From an uncultured Leptospiraceae bacterium (GTDB lineage Bacteria > Spirochaetota > UBA4802 > JAGODF01), in NCBI GenBank assembly GCA_964627815.1, contig CAZVKE010000009.1, forward strand, positions 128,503 to 192,502: DNA of 64,000 nucleotides, read 5' to 3'. How positions within the stretch are numbered: position 1 is the stretch's first letter; every line of letters begins with the position of its first letter. Below are positions 28,707 to 38,253 of this stretch, piece after piece. The position numbers and the translations under genes were made by a program. A model generated the notes under the pieces. It searched no databases, was not told the origin of the DNA, and saw only the letters and a list, made by a program, of their open reading frames with translations.

Positions 28707-29207
28707 CTATTTTATATATTCATTTTTCAGGTAGGAATCAAGAAGAAACCCTTCTTCGGCGCGGATGAGAATGAAGGGCGAAGCGTTGTGGATGTCGATG
28801 AGCGTCTTCGATTCATCCCCGCAGATCAGCTTCGAGGCGAGCCTGCCGAGAAACGGCATGTGGCCCACGATCATCGCCGAAACCTTGAGACGCGCGATCT
28901 CCTCAAGTATCCCTTCAAGGCCGTCCTTCGGATTGAGGAACGGCCGCTTCTCCATCTTCACGCCGCCGAGCGCGTAGGATATGATCTCGGCGGTCTGCTC
29001 GGCGCGCTTCTTCCCGCTGTGCAGAATGAGGTCGGGATAGACCGGAAGTTTCTTCAGGAACTCCCCGGCACGCTTCGCCTGCGCGGTGCCCCTCTCCGAA
29101 AGCGGCCTCGTGGTGTCAACCTCATCGGGAACGGCGTCCCCGTGCTGTACAAGAAATAGTTTTATCATCGTCCGCGCTCCGTTCGCCGCGCTACTATTTC
29201 CGCTCAC
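28707..29207 (-). CDS. sixA: SixA-like histidine phosphatase
   Basis: The motif IKLFLVQHGDA...RPLSERG is present in a histidine phosphatase fold. Confidence 0.7.
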   Translation of the reverse strand: MSGNSSAANGARTMIKLFLVQHGDAVPDEVDTTRPLSERGTAQAKRAGEFLKKLPVYPDLILHSGKKRAEQTAEIISYALGGVKMEKRPFLNPKDGLEGILEEIARLKVSAMIVGHMPFLGRLASKLICGDESKTLIDIHNASPFILIRAEEGFLLDSYLKNEYIK

Positions 29208-30252
29208 CCTTCTGGGACTTCAGCATTTCGCGCATCCGATCGACTTCGCTCTGGTGCCGGCCCTTTATAGCCTCATACGCCTTCTGGTACGCCTCTTTCA
29301 CGGCCATGAGCGCGGCGTAATTGCGCGCCTGCTGGTCGGCGATTTTATCGGAATCCTTCTTTATCCGCTCGAAGGTGTTGTACATGTCTCCCTTTGTATC
29401 CGAAAAACGCGAGACGATCCCGTTCAGCGAGGCGTTTGCGGCCCTGTTAAGGAATAGCTCGTCCTGGACCGTGCCTTCCATCGCGGCGATCTCGCCGTTG
29501 GCCCTTTCAAGCGCCTTCTCGTCCCTCGAAACGCGCGAGGCATTGCGGCTGAAATTATTTATCTTTCCCGAATTTTTCGTGTTGTTTGTCGAAAAGGTCC
29601 CCATGTACTCCTGGAAGCGCCCGCTCTGCGGACCGGGATTGGATTCGAAATTCGCGTTCTCCTTCGATTGCCACTGCTCGACCGTTCCCTCGGCGGAATC
29701 CTTGCCGGGCCTTCCCGCGACGGCGACATCAGCGCGCTCACCCTCGGCGAGGTCTATCCGGCCGTACGGATTGCGCACGTCGAGTTTTCCTTCCTCAAGG
29801 TTGACGCGGGAATCGGCGCTGTCGCTGACGCCTATGGTGAACTCGGTGCCCCGTATCGAACAAACGGTGGTAGGAGTATAGAGCTTGCGGTCGGCCTCTT
29901 TGGTGAGCTTCCTGAATTTTCCGTTGACCACGCCGCTGACGACCGATACGAGCTCGGAGTTATCGACCTTTTCGTTCCCCACGATGATCCGGCTGTTCTC
30001 GCGAACCTCGAGCTTGCTGCCGTCGTTATACGCCAGCGACACCAGCGACCGCTTGCCGGTGGTGATGGTATCACCCGATTTGATCGCGGTCCGCTCATCG
30101 ACGTTCATCGTTGAACTGCCGCGAATCAGCTTCACGTCCCCGACCGAAAAAGTCACCTGCATACCGTAAGCGCCGATGGCAACCGAAAAACACAGAACCA
30201 GGAATAATGTTCTCAGCATCGTCGATACGACCGCGTCACTACGTCTTTTCAT
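29194..30252 (-). CDS. secreted FecR-domain protein with C-terminal coiled-coil
   Basis: It has a signal peptide and a FecR-like beta-rich domain. It overlaps sixA by 14 nt. Confidence 0.55.
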   Translation of the reverse strand: MKRRSDAVVSTMLRTLFLVLCFSVAIGAYGMQVTFSVGDVKLIRGSSTMNVDERTAIKSGDTITTGKRSLVSLAYNDGSKLEVRENSRIIVGNEKVDNSELVSVVSGVVNGKFRKLTKEADRKLYTPTTVCSIRGTEFTIGVSDSADSRVNLEEGKLDVRNPYGRIDLAEGERADVAVAGRPGKDSAEGTVEQWQSKENANFESNPGPQSGRFQEYMGTFSTNNTKNSGKINNFSRNASRVSRDEKALERANGEIAAMEGTVQDELFLNRAANASLNGIVSRFSDTKGDMYNTFERIKKDSDKIADQQARNYAALMAVKEAYQKAYEAIKGRHQSEVDRMREMLKSQKGERK

Positions 30253-30424
30253 GGCTATTCCCCCGCTCTCGCTTCAGATGATTTCATTTCCCTCTATACC
30301 GACAATATCGGCCCAAAGGGTAATTTAATTCCCCGATTTCCAATCCCCTGTTGTAAGGTATATAGTAACATATGATTACGCGCATGGCAACTAATATTAT
30401 GGATAGATTTCGACCTTTTGACGG

Positions 30425-31261
30425 TTATCCGGCGTCAAGGGGGGATATCGCCACCCTGAAGCCGTAGAAAGGGCTGCGGGCCGTCGGGCAGCGCCTGAAC
30501 CGGTATTCGCGAGCCTTCTGCAGCGGCAGGCTCTGAATGGAACCGCCGCGGAGCACCTTGTAGGTGGTGCCGAACTCCCTGTTCGGCGGACCGCCGGGAT
30601 AGGCGTCGAACCAGTCATCGCACCACTCCCAGACAATACCGGGATCGCACTCCCCCGCGAGGGCTCTGACCCCGTCGAGGATGCGAACGGCATAGTCGCG
30701 CAGGGTGACGGATACCGGCCCGCTCCCCGCCGCTGAAATTTCAGCAAGCGGCTTCACTCCCCGCTTCTCCGCAAAGGCCTCCCATTCGGCCTCACGGGGA
30801 AGCCGCACCGCCATGCCGCTCTGTTCGGAAAGCCACGTGCAGAAGGCCGCGGCGTCGTTCCAGCTCACCTGAAGGACCGGCATGACCTCACCGTTTACGG
30901 CGTAAAGCTCGTCCGCCTTTTCGCCGAACGGCCCGCGCCAGGTGACCCCTTCGCGCTTGATCCATCCTCCGTTCAGCCAGCTCCATCCCCAGCCTTCGGC
31001 CTCGGCCTCGGTCAGGTAGCCGGAATCTTCGATGAAAGCGCAAAATTCGTTGAGAGTCACGAGCCTTCGCGAGATCGCAGTGCCGCCTATCGTCACCTCG
31101 TGGCGCGGCATGGCGTTTGTGAGATACTCACGCTTCGCGGTGCCCGAGAAGAGCGCTGGATCGAGCGCGCTGATGGAAGACTCGTCCAGCCCGATCGGAT
31201 ACACACCAGCGGGGATGCGGATACAATTTTCAGGATGTACAGTAATGATCCGGTCAGTCAT
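30425..31261 (-). CDS. formylglycine-generating enzyme (SUMF1/EgtB) family protein
   Basis: It has the C-terminal motifs RGGSW-like and WEWCDDWFD. Confidence 0.8.
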   Translation of the reverse strand: MTDRIITVHPENCIRIPAGVYPIGLDESSISALDPALFSGTAKREYLTNAMPRHEVTIGGTAISRRLVTLNEFCAFIEDSGYLTEAEAEGWGWSWLNGGWIKREGVTWRGPFGEKADELYAVNGEVMPVLQVSWNDAAAFCTWLSEQSGMAVRLPREAEWEAFAEKRGVKPLAEISAAGSGPVSVTLRDYAVRILDGVRALAGECDPGIVWEWCDDWFDAYPGGPPNREFGTTYKVLRGGSIQSLPLQKAREYRFRRCPTARSPFYGFRVAISPLDAG

Positions 31262-31324
31262 AGGATTTCACCGCGAAGGCGCGAAAACGTTTTCGCGCCT
31301 TCGCGGTATCCCCCGTCACGCGCG

Positions 31325-32617
31325 CTACAGCCCGAGCCGCTCGTAGACAAGCCCGATGTTTTCAAGATAATGCCCGAGATCGAATATCTCATCAAGCTCG
31401 GCAGCGCTCACCTTCGCGAAAATTTCGGGGTCAGAGCCGGAAAGCTCACGAAGCGATCCTTCGCGCGCCCACACGCGCATGGCGATCGACTGAACCAGCC
31501 GGTAGGAATCCTCGCGGGTGAATCCCTTCTCGACGAGCTTTAAAAGAAGGCTCTGCGAATAAAAAAGGCCGCCGGTCCTGTTGATGTTCTCCATCATCGC
31601 GTCGGGATAGACGAGCAGGTTTTCAAGGATGAAGATCATCCGGTGCAGCAGGTAATCGAGCGCGATGGTGGAATCGGGCACGACCACGCGCTCCGCCGAC
31701 GAGTGGGATATATCGCGCTCGTGCCAGAGCGTCATGTTGTCGAGCGCCACGTTCACGTTCGCCTTGATCACGCGCGAAAGCCCGGACACGCGCTCGGCAA
31801 GGATCGGGTTGCGCTTGTGCGGCATCGCGGAGGAACCCTTCTGTCCCTTCTGGAACGGCTCCTCGACTTCGCGCACCTCGGTGCGCTGGAGGTGCCGGAT
31901 CTCGGTCGCGAGCTTGTCAAGCGTGCCGGCGGTTATCGCGAGCGCCGCCATGTACTCGGCGTGGCGGTCGCGCTGTATGATCTGGGTGGATATCGGGTCG
32001 GCCTTCAGTCCGAGTTTTTTGCAGACGTACTCCTCGACTTCGGGTCCGATATTGCTGAAGGTGCCGACCGCGCCGGAAAGCTTGCCGTACGAAATTGTAT
32101 CGACCGCACGCACGAGGCGCTCGCGGTTGCGCTGGAATTCGGCGAAATATATCGCCATCTTGAATCCGAACGTGGTTGGTTCGGCGTGAACGCCGTGCGA
32201 GCGCCCCATGCACGGCGTGTCTTTGTATTTCAGCGCCAGTTTTCTCAGCGCCTCGATCACGCGGTCTACCCCGGCGATGATGATCTCGCCCGCCTGTTTC
32301 ATCTGGACGGAAAGCGCCGTATCTACGATATCGCTCGAAGTCAGGCCGTAATGGACATACCTGCTCGCCGGGCCTACGAATTCCGCAACCGACGTCAGGA
32401 AGGCGATCACATCGTGGTGGACCTGGCTTTCGATCTCCTCGATGCGCTTCGCGTCGAAGTTCGCCTTCTCCTTTATGAGGGCAAGATCCTCAGCCGGGAT
32501 CCGCCCGGCGGCAGCGTTCGCCTCGCAGGCGGCAAGCTCGATATCGAGCCATATCCTGAACTTGTTTTCAAGCTCCCATATCCCTGATATCTCTTTTCGT
32601 GAATAGCGGTCGATCAT
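31325..32617 (-). CDS. purB: adenylosuccinate lyase
   Basis: It has the MIDRYSRKEISGIWELENKF N-terminus and a fumarate-lyase signature GSSAMPHKRNP. Confidence 0.9.
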   Translation of the reverse strand: MIDRYSRKEISGIWELENKFRIWLDIELAACEANAAAGRIPAEDLALIKEKANFDAKRIEEIESQVHHDVIAFLTSVAEFVGPASRYVHYGLTSSDIVDTALSVQMKQAGEIIIAGVDRVIEALRKLALKYKDTPCMGRSHGVHAEPTTFGFKMAIYFAEFQRNRERLVRAVDTISYGKLSGAVGTFSNIGPEVEEYVCKKLGLKADPISTQIIQRDRHAEYMAALAITAGTLDKLATEIRHLQRTEVREVEEPFQKGQKGSSAMPHKRNPILAERVSGLSRVIKANVNVALDNMTLWHERDISHSSAERVVVPDSTIALDYLLHRMIFILENLLVYPDAMMENINRTGGLFYSQSLLLKLVEKGFTREDSYRLVQSIAMRVWAREGSLRELSGSDPEIFAKVSAAELDEIFDLGHYLENIGLVYERLGL

Positions 32618-32697
32618 ATGTTCCCCTTTACAAATTCTGATCACTGATGTGGAAAAAGGAATTCTTCAAACGGGCGTGGATATTGTCAATTGAAAAT

Positions 32698-33462
32698 TCA
32701 CTCCTGCCGCATTCCTTCTCCGGAAAGCGCCAAACGCTTTGACTTGAGCTCGATATGATAATATCCCTCGATGAAAATGCAGAGCGAGAAGACGAGCATC
32801 CGCATCTGGTCTTCGGGATGGCGGGCGTGATCGATCGAGGAAAACCTGCTTTTTACCGCCGACTCGATGAACGTGCGCGTATCAGGCCCGAGAAGCGCAG
32901 CCCCTTCTCCCCTGACGCCGAGGCAGCGCGCACACACCGGCATGAGGTCCGCGCTCTCGAGCCGGAAGCGCGTGAACTCCTCCGATCCGCACTGCCTGCA
33001 CCGGGAGAGTTGGGGCAGTATCCCGTGGATCTTCAGAAGCCGGATAATGAAAAAAGCGGTGAACTGGTGGATATGGGGCGTACCCGCGAGCGCGTCGATA
33101 CCGGCGGCAAGGAGATCGTATATCCGCCCGTTCGGGTCGTTGAATCCCGTCGTCTTCTCAACCACCTCCAGGGCAAGGCAGAGGTGGAGGATCTTCGCCA
33201 GGTCGTCGCGGATAGAATGATGGGTCTTCAGCGTCGCGCACTCGTTAACGATGAAAAAATCTCGCTCTTCATGGTAGTAGTATACGAGCTCGATGACGCT
33301 GCCGGGCTCTGAGGCGGCAAGCGAGCGCTTTTTGCTCTTGCGGATGCCTTTGAAGACGAAGCTGCGCTTGCCGTAATCTCTCGTGAACACGCGCGCGACG
33401 CGGTCCGCTTCTCCCGAAAGGGATGAGGAGAGCACGACCCCCTGCGTCCTCTGTATCTCCAT
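32698..33462 (-). CDS. recO: DNA repair protein RecO
   Basis: It has an N-terminal OB fold and a C-terminal Cys4 zinc motif (CRQCG...CARC). Confidence 0.85.
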   Translation of the reverse strand: MEIQRTQGVVLSSSLSGEADRVARVFTRDYGKRSFVFKGIRKSKKRSLAASEPGSVIELVYYYHEERDFFIVNECATLKTHHSIRDDLAKILHLCLALEVVEKTTGFNDPNGRIYDLLAAGIDALAGTPHIHQFTAFFIIRLLKIHGILPQLSRCRQCGSEEFTRFRLESADLMPVCARCLGVRGEGAALLGPDTRTFIESAVKSRFSSIDHARHPEDQMRMLVFSLCIFIEGYYHIELKSKRLALSGEGMRQE

Positions 33463-34358
33463 CAGGCGTGAGGTTTACCGTGTTTTTCGGGCTGGACGAC
33501 GGTGATGACGAGCCGGTTGATGCGCGTCCCGTCGATGTCCTTGATCTTGAAGGTGAGGTTTTTGTATTTTGCCGTTTCGTGCTTTTCGGGGATCTTGCCG
33601 AAAAGGTCGTAGACGAACCCGCCGATCGTATCAAACTCGTCCGTGGGAAGGGCGATGCCCATCTCCTCGCTGAAATCGGTAAGCAGCATGCGCGAATCGA
33701 CTTCGTAGGAGTTCCTTCCGATTTTTTCAAGCTCGGGAAGCTCCTGCGTATCGAACTCGTCGCTGATGTCGCCGACGATCTCCTCAAGGATGTCCTCGAG
33801 CGTCACGATTCCGCCGAATCCGCCGTACTCGTCAACCGCGATTGCCATGTGCAGGCTGCGCTTTTTGAACTCGCGCAGAAGGTCGTCGAGCGGCATCGTC
33901 TCCGGAACGAAATACGGCTTGCGGAGTATCTTCTTCAGAACGAATTTGCGCGGCTTGTCGACAATATACTTCAGCAGGTCCTTGACGTGCAGCACGCCAA
34001 CGATGTTATCGATGGTCTCTTTGTAGACGGGGATACGGGAATGCCCCACGCCGTATATCTTGTCGATCAGCTCCTTCTGCGTCGCCTCGACGTCAACGGC
34101 GACCACGTCGATACGGGGTATCATGATCTCGCGCACGTTCTGGCGCGACAGATTGATGATCCCCCTGATCATCTCCTGTTTGCTCGGCTCTAGCCCGGCC
34201 CATGTCTTCAACGTACAGAGATCGTCTTCAAGGTCCCGGTCTCCCGGTTCGGATTTATCTTTCCTGATCCACTGAATAAATCTTTCGAAAGCTGCTTTGA
34301 TGCCGAAGGTGGTTTGTGGTGCGTTAGGGTGTTCGGGTTCCATAGTGTAGTTATTCAT
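33462..34358 (-). CDS. corC: CorC/HlyC-family Mg/Co efflux protein (CBS pair + CorC_HlyC transporter-associated domain)
   Basis: It has CBS domains and a C-terminal transporter-associated domain. It overlaps recO by 1 nt. Confidence 0.85.
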   Translation of the reverse strand: MNNYTMEPEHPNAPQTTFGIKAAFERFIQWIRKDKSEPGDRDLEDDLCTLKTWAGLEPSKQEMIRGIINLSRQNVREIMIPRIDVVAVDVEATQKELIDKIYGVGHSRIPVYKETIDNIVGVLHVKDLLKYIVDKPRKFVLKKILRKPYFVPETMPLDDLLREFKKRSLHMAIAVDEYGGFGGIVTLEDILEEIVGDISDEFDTQELPELEKIGRNSYEVDSRMLLTDFSEEMGIALPTDEFDTIGGFVYDLFGKIPEKHETAKYKNLTFKIKDIDGTRINRLVITVVQPEKHGKPHA

Positions 34359-34456
34359 TATACTCTTTCATGAAGATTGGCCGGCGAAACGCGATTTCCC
34401 CGACGGGAAAGCCGGAATGACGGGACGTATCGCCGTTCATGCGAACATCATGGCAT

Positions 34457-35131
34457 TTAATCTTCCCAGACGTTGAACTTTTTAATCGTCGTGAGAAAAT
34501 GATTAGTGGCTTCAAGCGCATCGACCTTCATGAGATGCGAATCGTTGTAAAGTACGTCAGCAACGAATTTCTTTATGGCCAGGTACACATCTTCCGTAGG
34601 ATAGAAGATATACGAGAAGTCATCCCCCCCCGAATTAAGGATAGTAAACGAAGAGTAGAGCTGGACCGGCGCCTGCGATATCATAATCTTTTCCTGCCGG
34701 CTGCCCGTCAGTATGGTAAGCTCTGAAAATCGGTAAGGAACCGATTTTCCGGCCTCCCTGAACACCGGTTCAACATGCTTCTTCGTGTACGTCGCGGGCT
34801 CTATCAGTATATGGGCCCGGTTCCCGTCGGTTTTAAAGGTCAACCCTTCAGGAGTTCTGTAGATATCCTTTACATTGCCGTACGCGGTGATTTCATATAT
34901 CGAATAGGGCGAATCCGGGTCAAGGAAAGAGGAAATAATGAATCCACCGTTCGCGGGAATTGACTCGGAAAGGTACGCCTTTAAAAGCGACATTGCTTTT
35001 GCCATATAGTTTTCCCCTGTTCGATCATCGGAGGCGCGGTCCGCTGCGCCAGGCACCACCCCTGTATCCTTAAAAAGAATTGAAATTGTAAACGGTAATG
35101 CCACAACTGTCAGTGACACGATACGAAACAC
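34457..35131 (-). CDS. hypothetical secreted / membrane-anchored protein
   Basis: It has an N-terminal hydrophobic segment, no recognisable motifs, and lower GC than its neighbours. Confidence 0.4.
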   Translation of the reverse strand: MFRIVSLTVVALPFTISILFKDTGVVPGAADRASDDRTGENYMAKAMSLLKAYLSESIPANGGFIISSFLDPDSPYSIYEITAYGNVKDIYRTPEGLTFKTDGNRAHILIEPATYTKKHVEPVFREAGKSVPYRFSELTILTGSRQEKIMISQAPVQLYSSFTILNSGGDDFSYIFYPTEDVYLAIKKFVADVLYNDSHLMKVDALEATNHFLTTIKKFNVWED

Positions 35132-35236
35132 CCTTTTTCGCGTACGGCATTTTTTTCCGCCACGCTCAGGGTACTCCGCAATTATGGGTATAATTATAAA
35201 TTTAAATCAATAAAAAAATTGACGAAGGTATAAAAA

Positions 35237-36031
35237 ATGGGAAAGGAATTTTTCAGCCCCGAGCCCCGGGTCTTCGCGCACCGCGGAGCATCCTGCGAAT
35301 TCCCCGAGAACACGCTGCCGGCCTTCAGGAAAGCGGTCGAGATAAAAGCGGACGTGATCGAAACCGACACGCACTTCACGAAAGACGGCAAATTTGTCAT
35401 GTTTCATGACGACATCCTGGAGCGGCTTACCGACGGGAAAGGGCGCATAACCGATTTCACGCTCGATGAGTTGAAACAGTTCGATGCAGGATACAGTTTT
35501 ACGCCCGACGGCACCACCTTTCCCTTCCGGGGAAAGGGCCTGACGATGCTCTCCCTCGACGAGCTTCTCGAGGAGTTTCCCGATCAGCGTTTTAATATCG
35601 ACCTGAAGGATAAGAATCCGCGCCAGGTCGTCGCCTACTGTGAAACCATAAGGCGGCACAACGCCGGACGCCGGGTGCTCACCGCGTCGAATTACCGCAC
35701 CAACATCAGAAGAGTGCGCACATCAATACCGGAAATGGCCACCTCGTCAGGCCTCTGGGAGGTGATCGGGCTCTTTGCCCTCTTCAAAACGGGATTCCTT
35801 TTCATGAAGAAACATTTTGCTACCGATGCACTTCAGATACCTGAATTTATAGGAACATCACGGATCGCAACGGCGAATTTTATCCGTCAGATCCATGAAA
35901 ACGGCCTTCGCGTTCACATATGGACGGTAAACAAAGAGGAAGACATGCGCCGCCTGATCGAAGACGGCGTTGACGGGATCGTGACCGACAACCCGGCGCT
36001 TCTGCAACGGGTATACGAAAGCCTGGGTTGA
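35237..36031 (+). CDS. glycerophosphodiester phosphodiesterase
   Basis: It has FAHRGASCEFPENTLPAF with an HR catalytic dyad. Confidence 0.85.
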   Translation: MGKEFFSPEPRVFAHRGASCEFPENTLPAFRKAVEIKADVIETDTHFTKDGKFVMFHDDILERLTDGKGRITDFTLDELKQFDAGYSFTPDGTTFPFRGKGLTMLSLDELLEEFPDQRFNIDLKDKNPRQVVAYCETIRRHNAGRRVLTASNYRTNIRRVRTSIPEMATSSGLWEVIGLFALFKTGFLFMKKHFATDALQIPEFIGTSRIATANFIRQIHENGLRVHIWTVNKEEDMRRLIEDGVDGIVTDNPALLQRVYESLG

Positions 36032-36110
36032 TCATACAATAATCGAAATTAAAGAAACGGCCCCGCCGCAATCCGCTCATCCGGAGAAAGCGGCAGGGCC
36101 TTTCTGTGAA

Positions 36111-36461
36111 TCAATTCCCCTGTTCTGCCCGCAGCGATTTCGTCGAATCGAGAAACCGTATTTCTTTACCGATGAGTATGATTTTTGATTTAGTCCTGCC
36201 GTCTTTTCCTTCCCACCGGTCCTGGCGGATATTGCCCATCACCATTACCCGCTTCCCCTTCATCACCGTTTTGGCGCAGTGATCCGCAAGCTTCTGCCAT
36301 GTCTCCACATCGATATACGAAACGCGCGGGGGGCCGTCAGGCTCTGAATAGTGATTGATCGCCACGGCGAAGGTGCATACTGATTTTCCCGTCTTCGTTT
36401 CCTTCAGCGTCGGATCGTTCGCCACGAATCCTTCAACTGTGGCCGCGGTATAGTTATGCAT
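36111..36461 (-). CDS. ssb: short single-stranded DNA-binding protein (OB fold, no acidic C-terminal tail)
   Basis: It has an SSB OB-fold pattern (VANDPTLKETKTGKSVCTFAVAINHY...VETWQKLAD...RQDRWEGKDGRTKSK). The DDDIPF tail is absent. Confidence 0.7.
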   Translation of the reverse strand: MHNYTAATVEGFVANDPTLKETKTGKSVCTFAVAINHYSEPDGPPRVSYIDVETWQKLADHCAKTVMKGKRVMVMGNIRQDRWEGKDGRTKSKIILIGKEIRFLDSTKSLRAEQGN

Positions 36462-36548
36462 GGTGCCTCTCCTTTATTGAAGTGAGTTATTATCGTCCTA
36501 CCCTTAATACGGTTTTTGCCGTACCCGCATAAAAAGAAAACGCTGCCC

Positions 36549-36576
36549 TTGACAAATTTTTTACGGATGCTATCTT
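36549..36576 (+). promoter_or_regulatory. sigma70-like promoter (TTGACA-16-TATCTT) driving the small basic ORF
   Basis: The -35 box is at 36549-36554 and the -10 box at 36571-36576. Confidence 0.45.
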
Positions 36577-36604
36577 TGGGATATTCCATGCAAGGAGATG
36601 CAAC

Positions 36605-36778
36605 ATGAAGAAGGACACAAAAAAGGAAACGCTGAAACGCATCCGAATCGGAATGCGTCTTGTCACCAAACCGCCCAAACGCGAAACACCAAAAAACGCG
36701 TATACGCGGAAAACAAAACACAAGAGGAGCCTTGATAAAGACTCCTCTTTTTTTTCCCGCTATCAAACAGCAGCTTGA
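36605..36778 (+). CDS. small highly basic ORF (57 aa; K/R-rich) or sRNA
   Basis: A strong RBS (AAGGAGA) lies 6 nt before the ATG. An intrinsic terminator hairpin lies inside the last 20 codons, so coding status is uncertain. Confidence 0.3.
   Translation: MKKDTKKETLKRIRIGMRLVTKPPKRETPKNAYTRKTKHKRSLDKDSSFFSRYQTAA
36722..36757 (+). terminator. rho-independent terminator
   Basis: A 7-bp stem (AGAGGAG/CTCCTCT) is followed by T8. Confidence 0.65.
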
Positions 36779-36836
36779 GCCACGTACCCGCCTGAACTGC
36801 ACGCGACCGATCAGGAGCGCGGGGCAAGCCGTCCGT

Positions 36837-37445
36837 TCAGGCCGATTTTACCAGCTCCCCGTAAATAACCGAAGCTCCGGCCATGAGGATCGACATCAGT
36901 GCCGCCATGCCTGCAATGATCCAGATAAATGTAAGAAAACCACCGATAACCGGTATCTTGCCGAAAATAAAGGCGACGATAAAGAGCGCAATATATCCGG
37001 CGATATAAAGAACAAGCATCGCGCCGAATATCGTCCACTTTTTGCCGTAGGTTAGTTCGTTGCTTTTCTTGATCGCGTCAATCGGGGTCATGTTCCTGTC
37101 AATTACAAGCAGAGGCGCGAGCATCCACGCAACGCTGATGACGATGCCCGGGAAATACATGAACATCATTCCCGCCATGATCCCCGCGATCATGAATCCT
37201 ACGACCAGAAAATATTCACCCATGTTCTTGCGGTATTCCGGCTTGAACACTTCCGTCATAGAAACCTCTTCGTCTCGCGACATTTTCGTGACGACGCCGA
37301 TGGTCAGGCCGATCGTGGTCCCCACGTTGAGGTACGGTATCCAGAAGGTCACAAGCCACAGTACCGCGTTAACGAAAACCGGCACGACGTATTTCAGCCC
37401 TCTCTGAAATGCGCCGCTGATTATTGAACCGACAGAGAATTCCAT
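36837..37445 (-). CDS. polytopic membrane protein (hypothetical)
   Basis: It has 5-6 predicted TM helices. Confidence 0.5.
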   Translation of the reverse strand: MEFSVGSIISGAFQRGLKYVVPVFVNAVLWLVTFWIPYLNVGTTIGLTIGVVTKMSRDEEVSMTEVFKPEYRKNMGEYFLVVGFMIAGIMAGMMFMYFPGIVISVAWMLAPLLVIDRNMTPIDAIKKSNELTYGKKWTIFGAMLVLYIAGYIALFIVAFIFGKIPVIGGFLTFIWIIAGMAALMSILMAGASVIYGELVKSA

Positions 37446-37694
37446 AGACCTGCTCCTTTACTGATAATAGTACACTTCTTAACTACACCAGTTATAATAT
37501 GGTATTTACAAGAGGATGTCAATTTATTTTTGCGCACTAACAATCTCCCGGCAACGGCACACTCATAACATCCGTGCGCCACATCCCTTCCGCCAAAATG
37601 AGAACGGAACCGGCCCCGTGCGGTTTTTTTTAAATTACGATTGCATATATTAATACTAATATATATTATAGTTATTATAATAAGAGCTAATACC

Positions 37695-38252
37695 ATGTCC
37701 ATACGATACATGATACTGGGGAGCCTCATGGAACGCCCCCTGCACGGCTACCTTCTGAAGACGGAAGCGTTCAGGAGGGTATTCAGCGAATTCGGCGTCA
37801 ACGACAACCAGATATATCCGACCCTGAAAAAGCTCGAACACGATGGCCTGATCAGAAAGAAAATCGAGCGTTTCGGCGGCCGGCCGGACCGCCACGTCTA
37901 TTCGATAACCGCGCAGGGAAAGAAAGAGTTCCTCAAATGGCTTGAAAGCGGCGAAGGAGAAGAGCGCTCGTTCAGATATGAATTTTTTCGCAGCGACGTT
38001 TTCTTTATAAGATGCAATTTTATCCGCCACCTCGACGGGCCGCGCGCCGCGGAAAAAATCAGGACGCAGATGAGGACGGTCAGCGAAACCATATCAGACC
38101 TGAAAGCCGCGCACGCCGACATGACCCGGCGCGGCGTCGATCCGCTCCACGTCAGCATTCTCGAATACGGAATAAAGACCCAGGAGACACGCCTTGCGTG
38201 GCTCGAGGATTTTTTAAAGCTTGTCAGGAAAAATACACGGGAGGCGCGATGA
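37695..38252 (+). CDS. PadR-family transcriptional regulator
   Basis: It has MILGSLMERPLHGYLLK...NDNQIYPTLKKLEHDGLI. Confidence 0.8.
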   Translation: MSIRYMILGSLMERPLHGYLLKTEAFRRVFSEFGVNDNQIYPTLKKLEHDGLIRKKIERFGGRPDRHVYSITAQGKKEFLKWLESGEGEERSFRYEFFRSDVFFIRCNFIRHLDGPRAAEKIRTQMRTVSETISDLKAAHADMTRRGVDPLHVSILEYGIKTQETRLAWLEDFLKLVRKNTREAR

Positions 38253-38253
38253 T

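Noticed and set aside
37446-37694. AT-rich repeat-like stretch (ATATATTAATACTAATATATATTATAG...) and a weak hairpin with T8 upstream of padR.
   Set aside because: It is most simply the padR promoter/operator region. The hairpin stem is only about 5 bp, and no gene upstream on that strand needs terminating.
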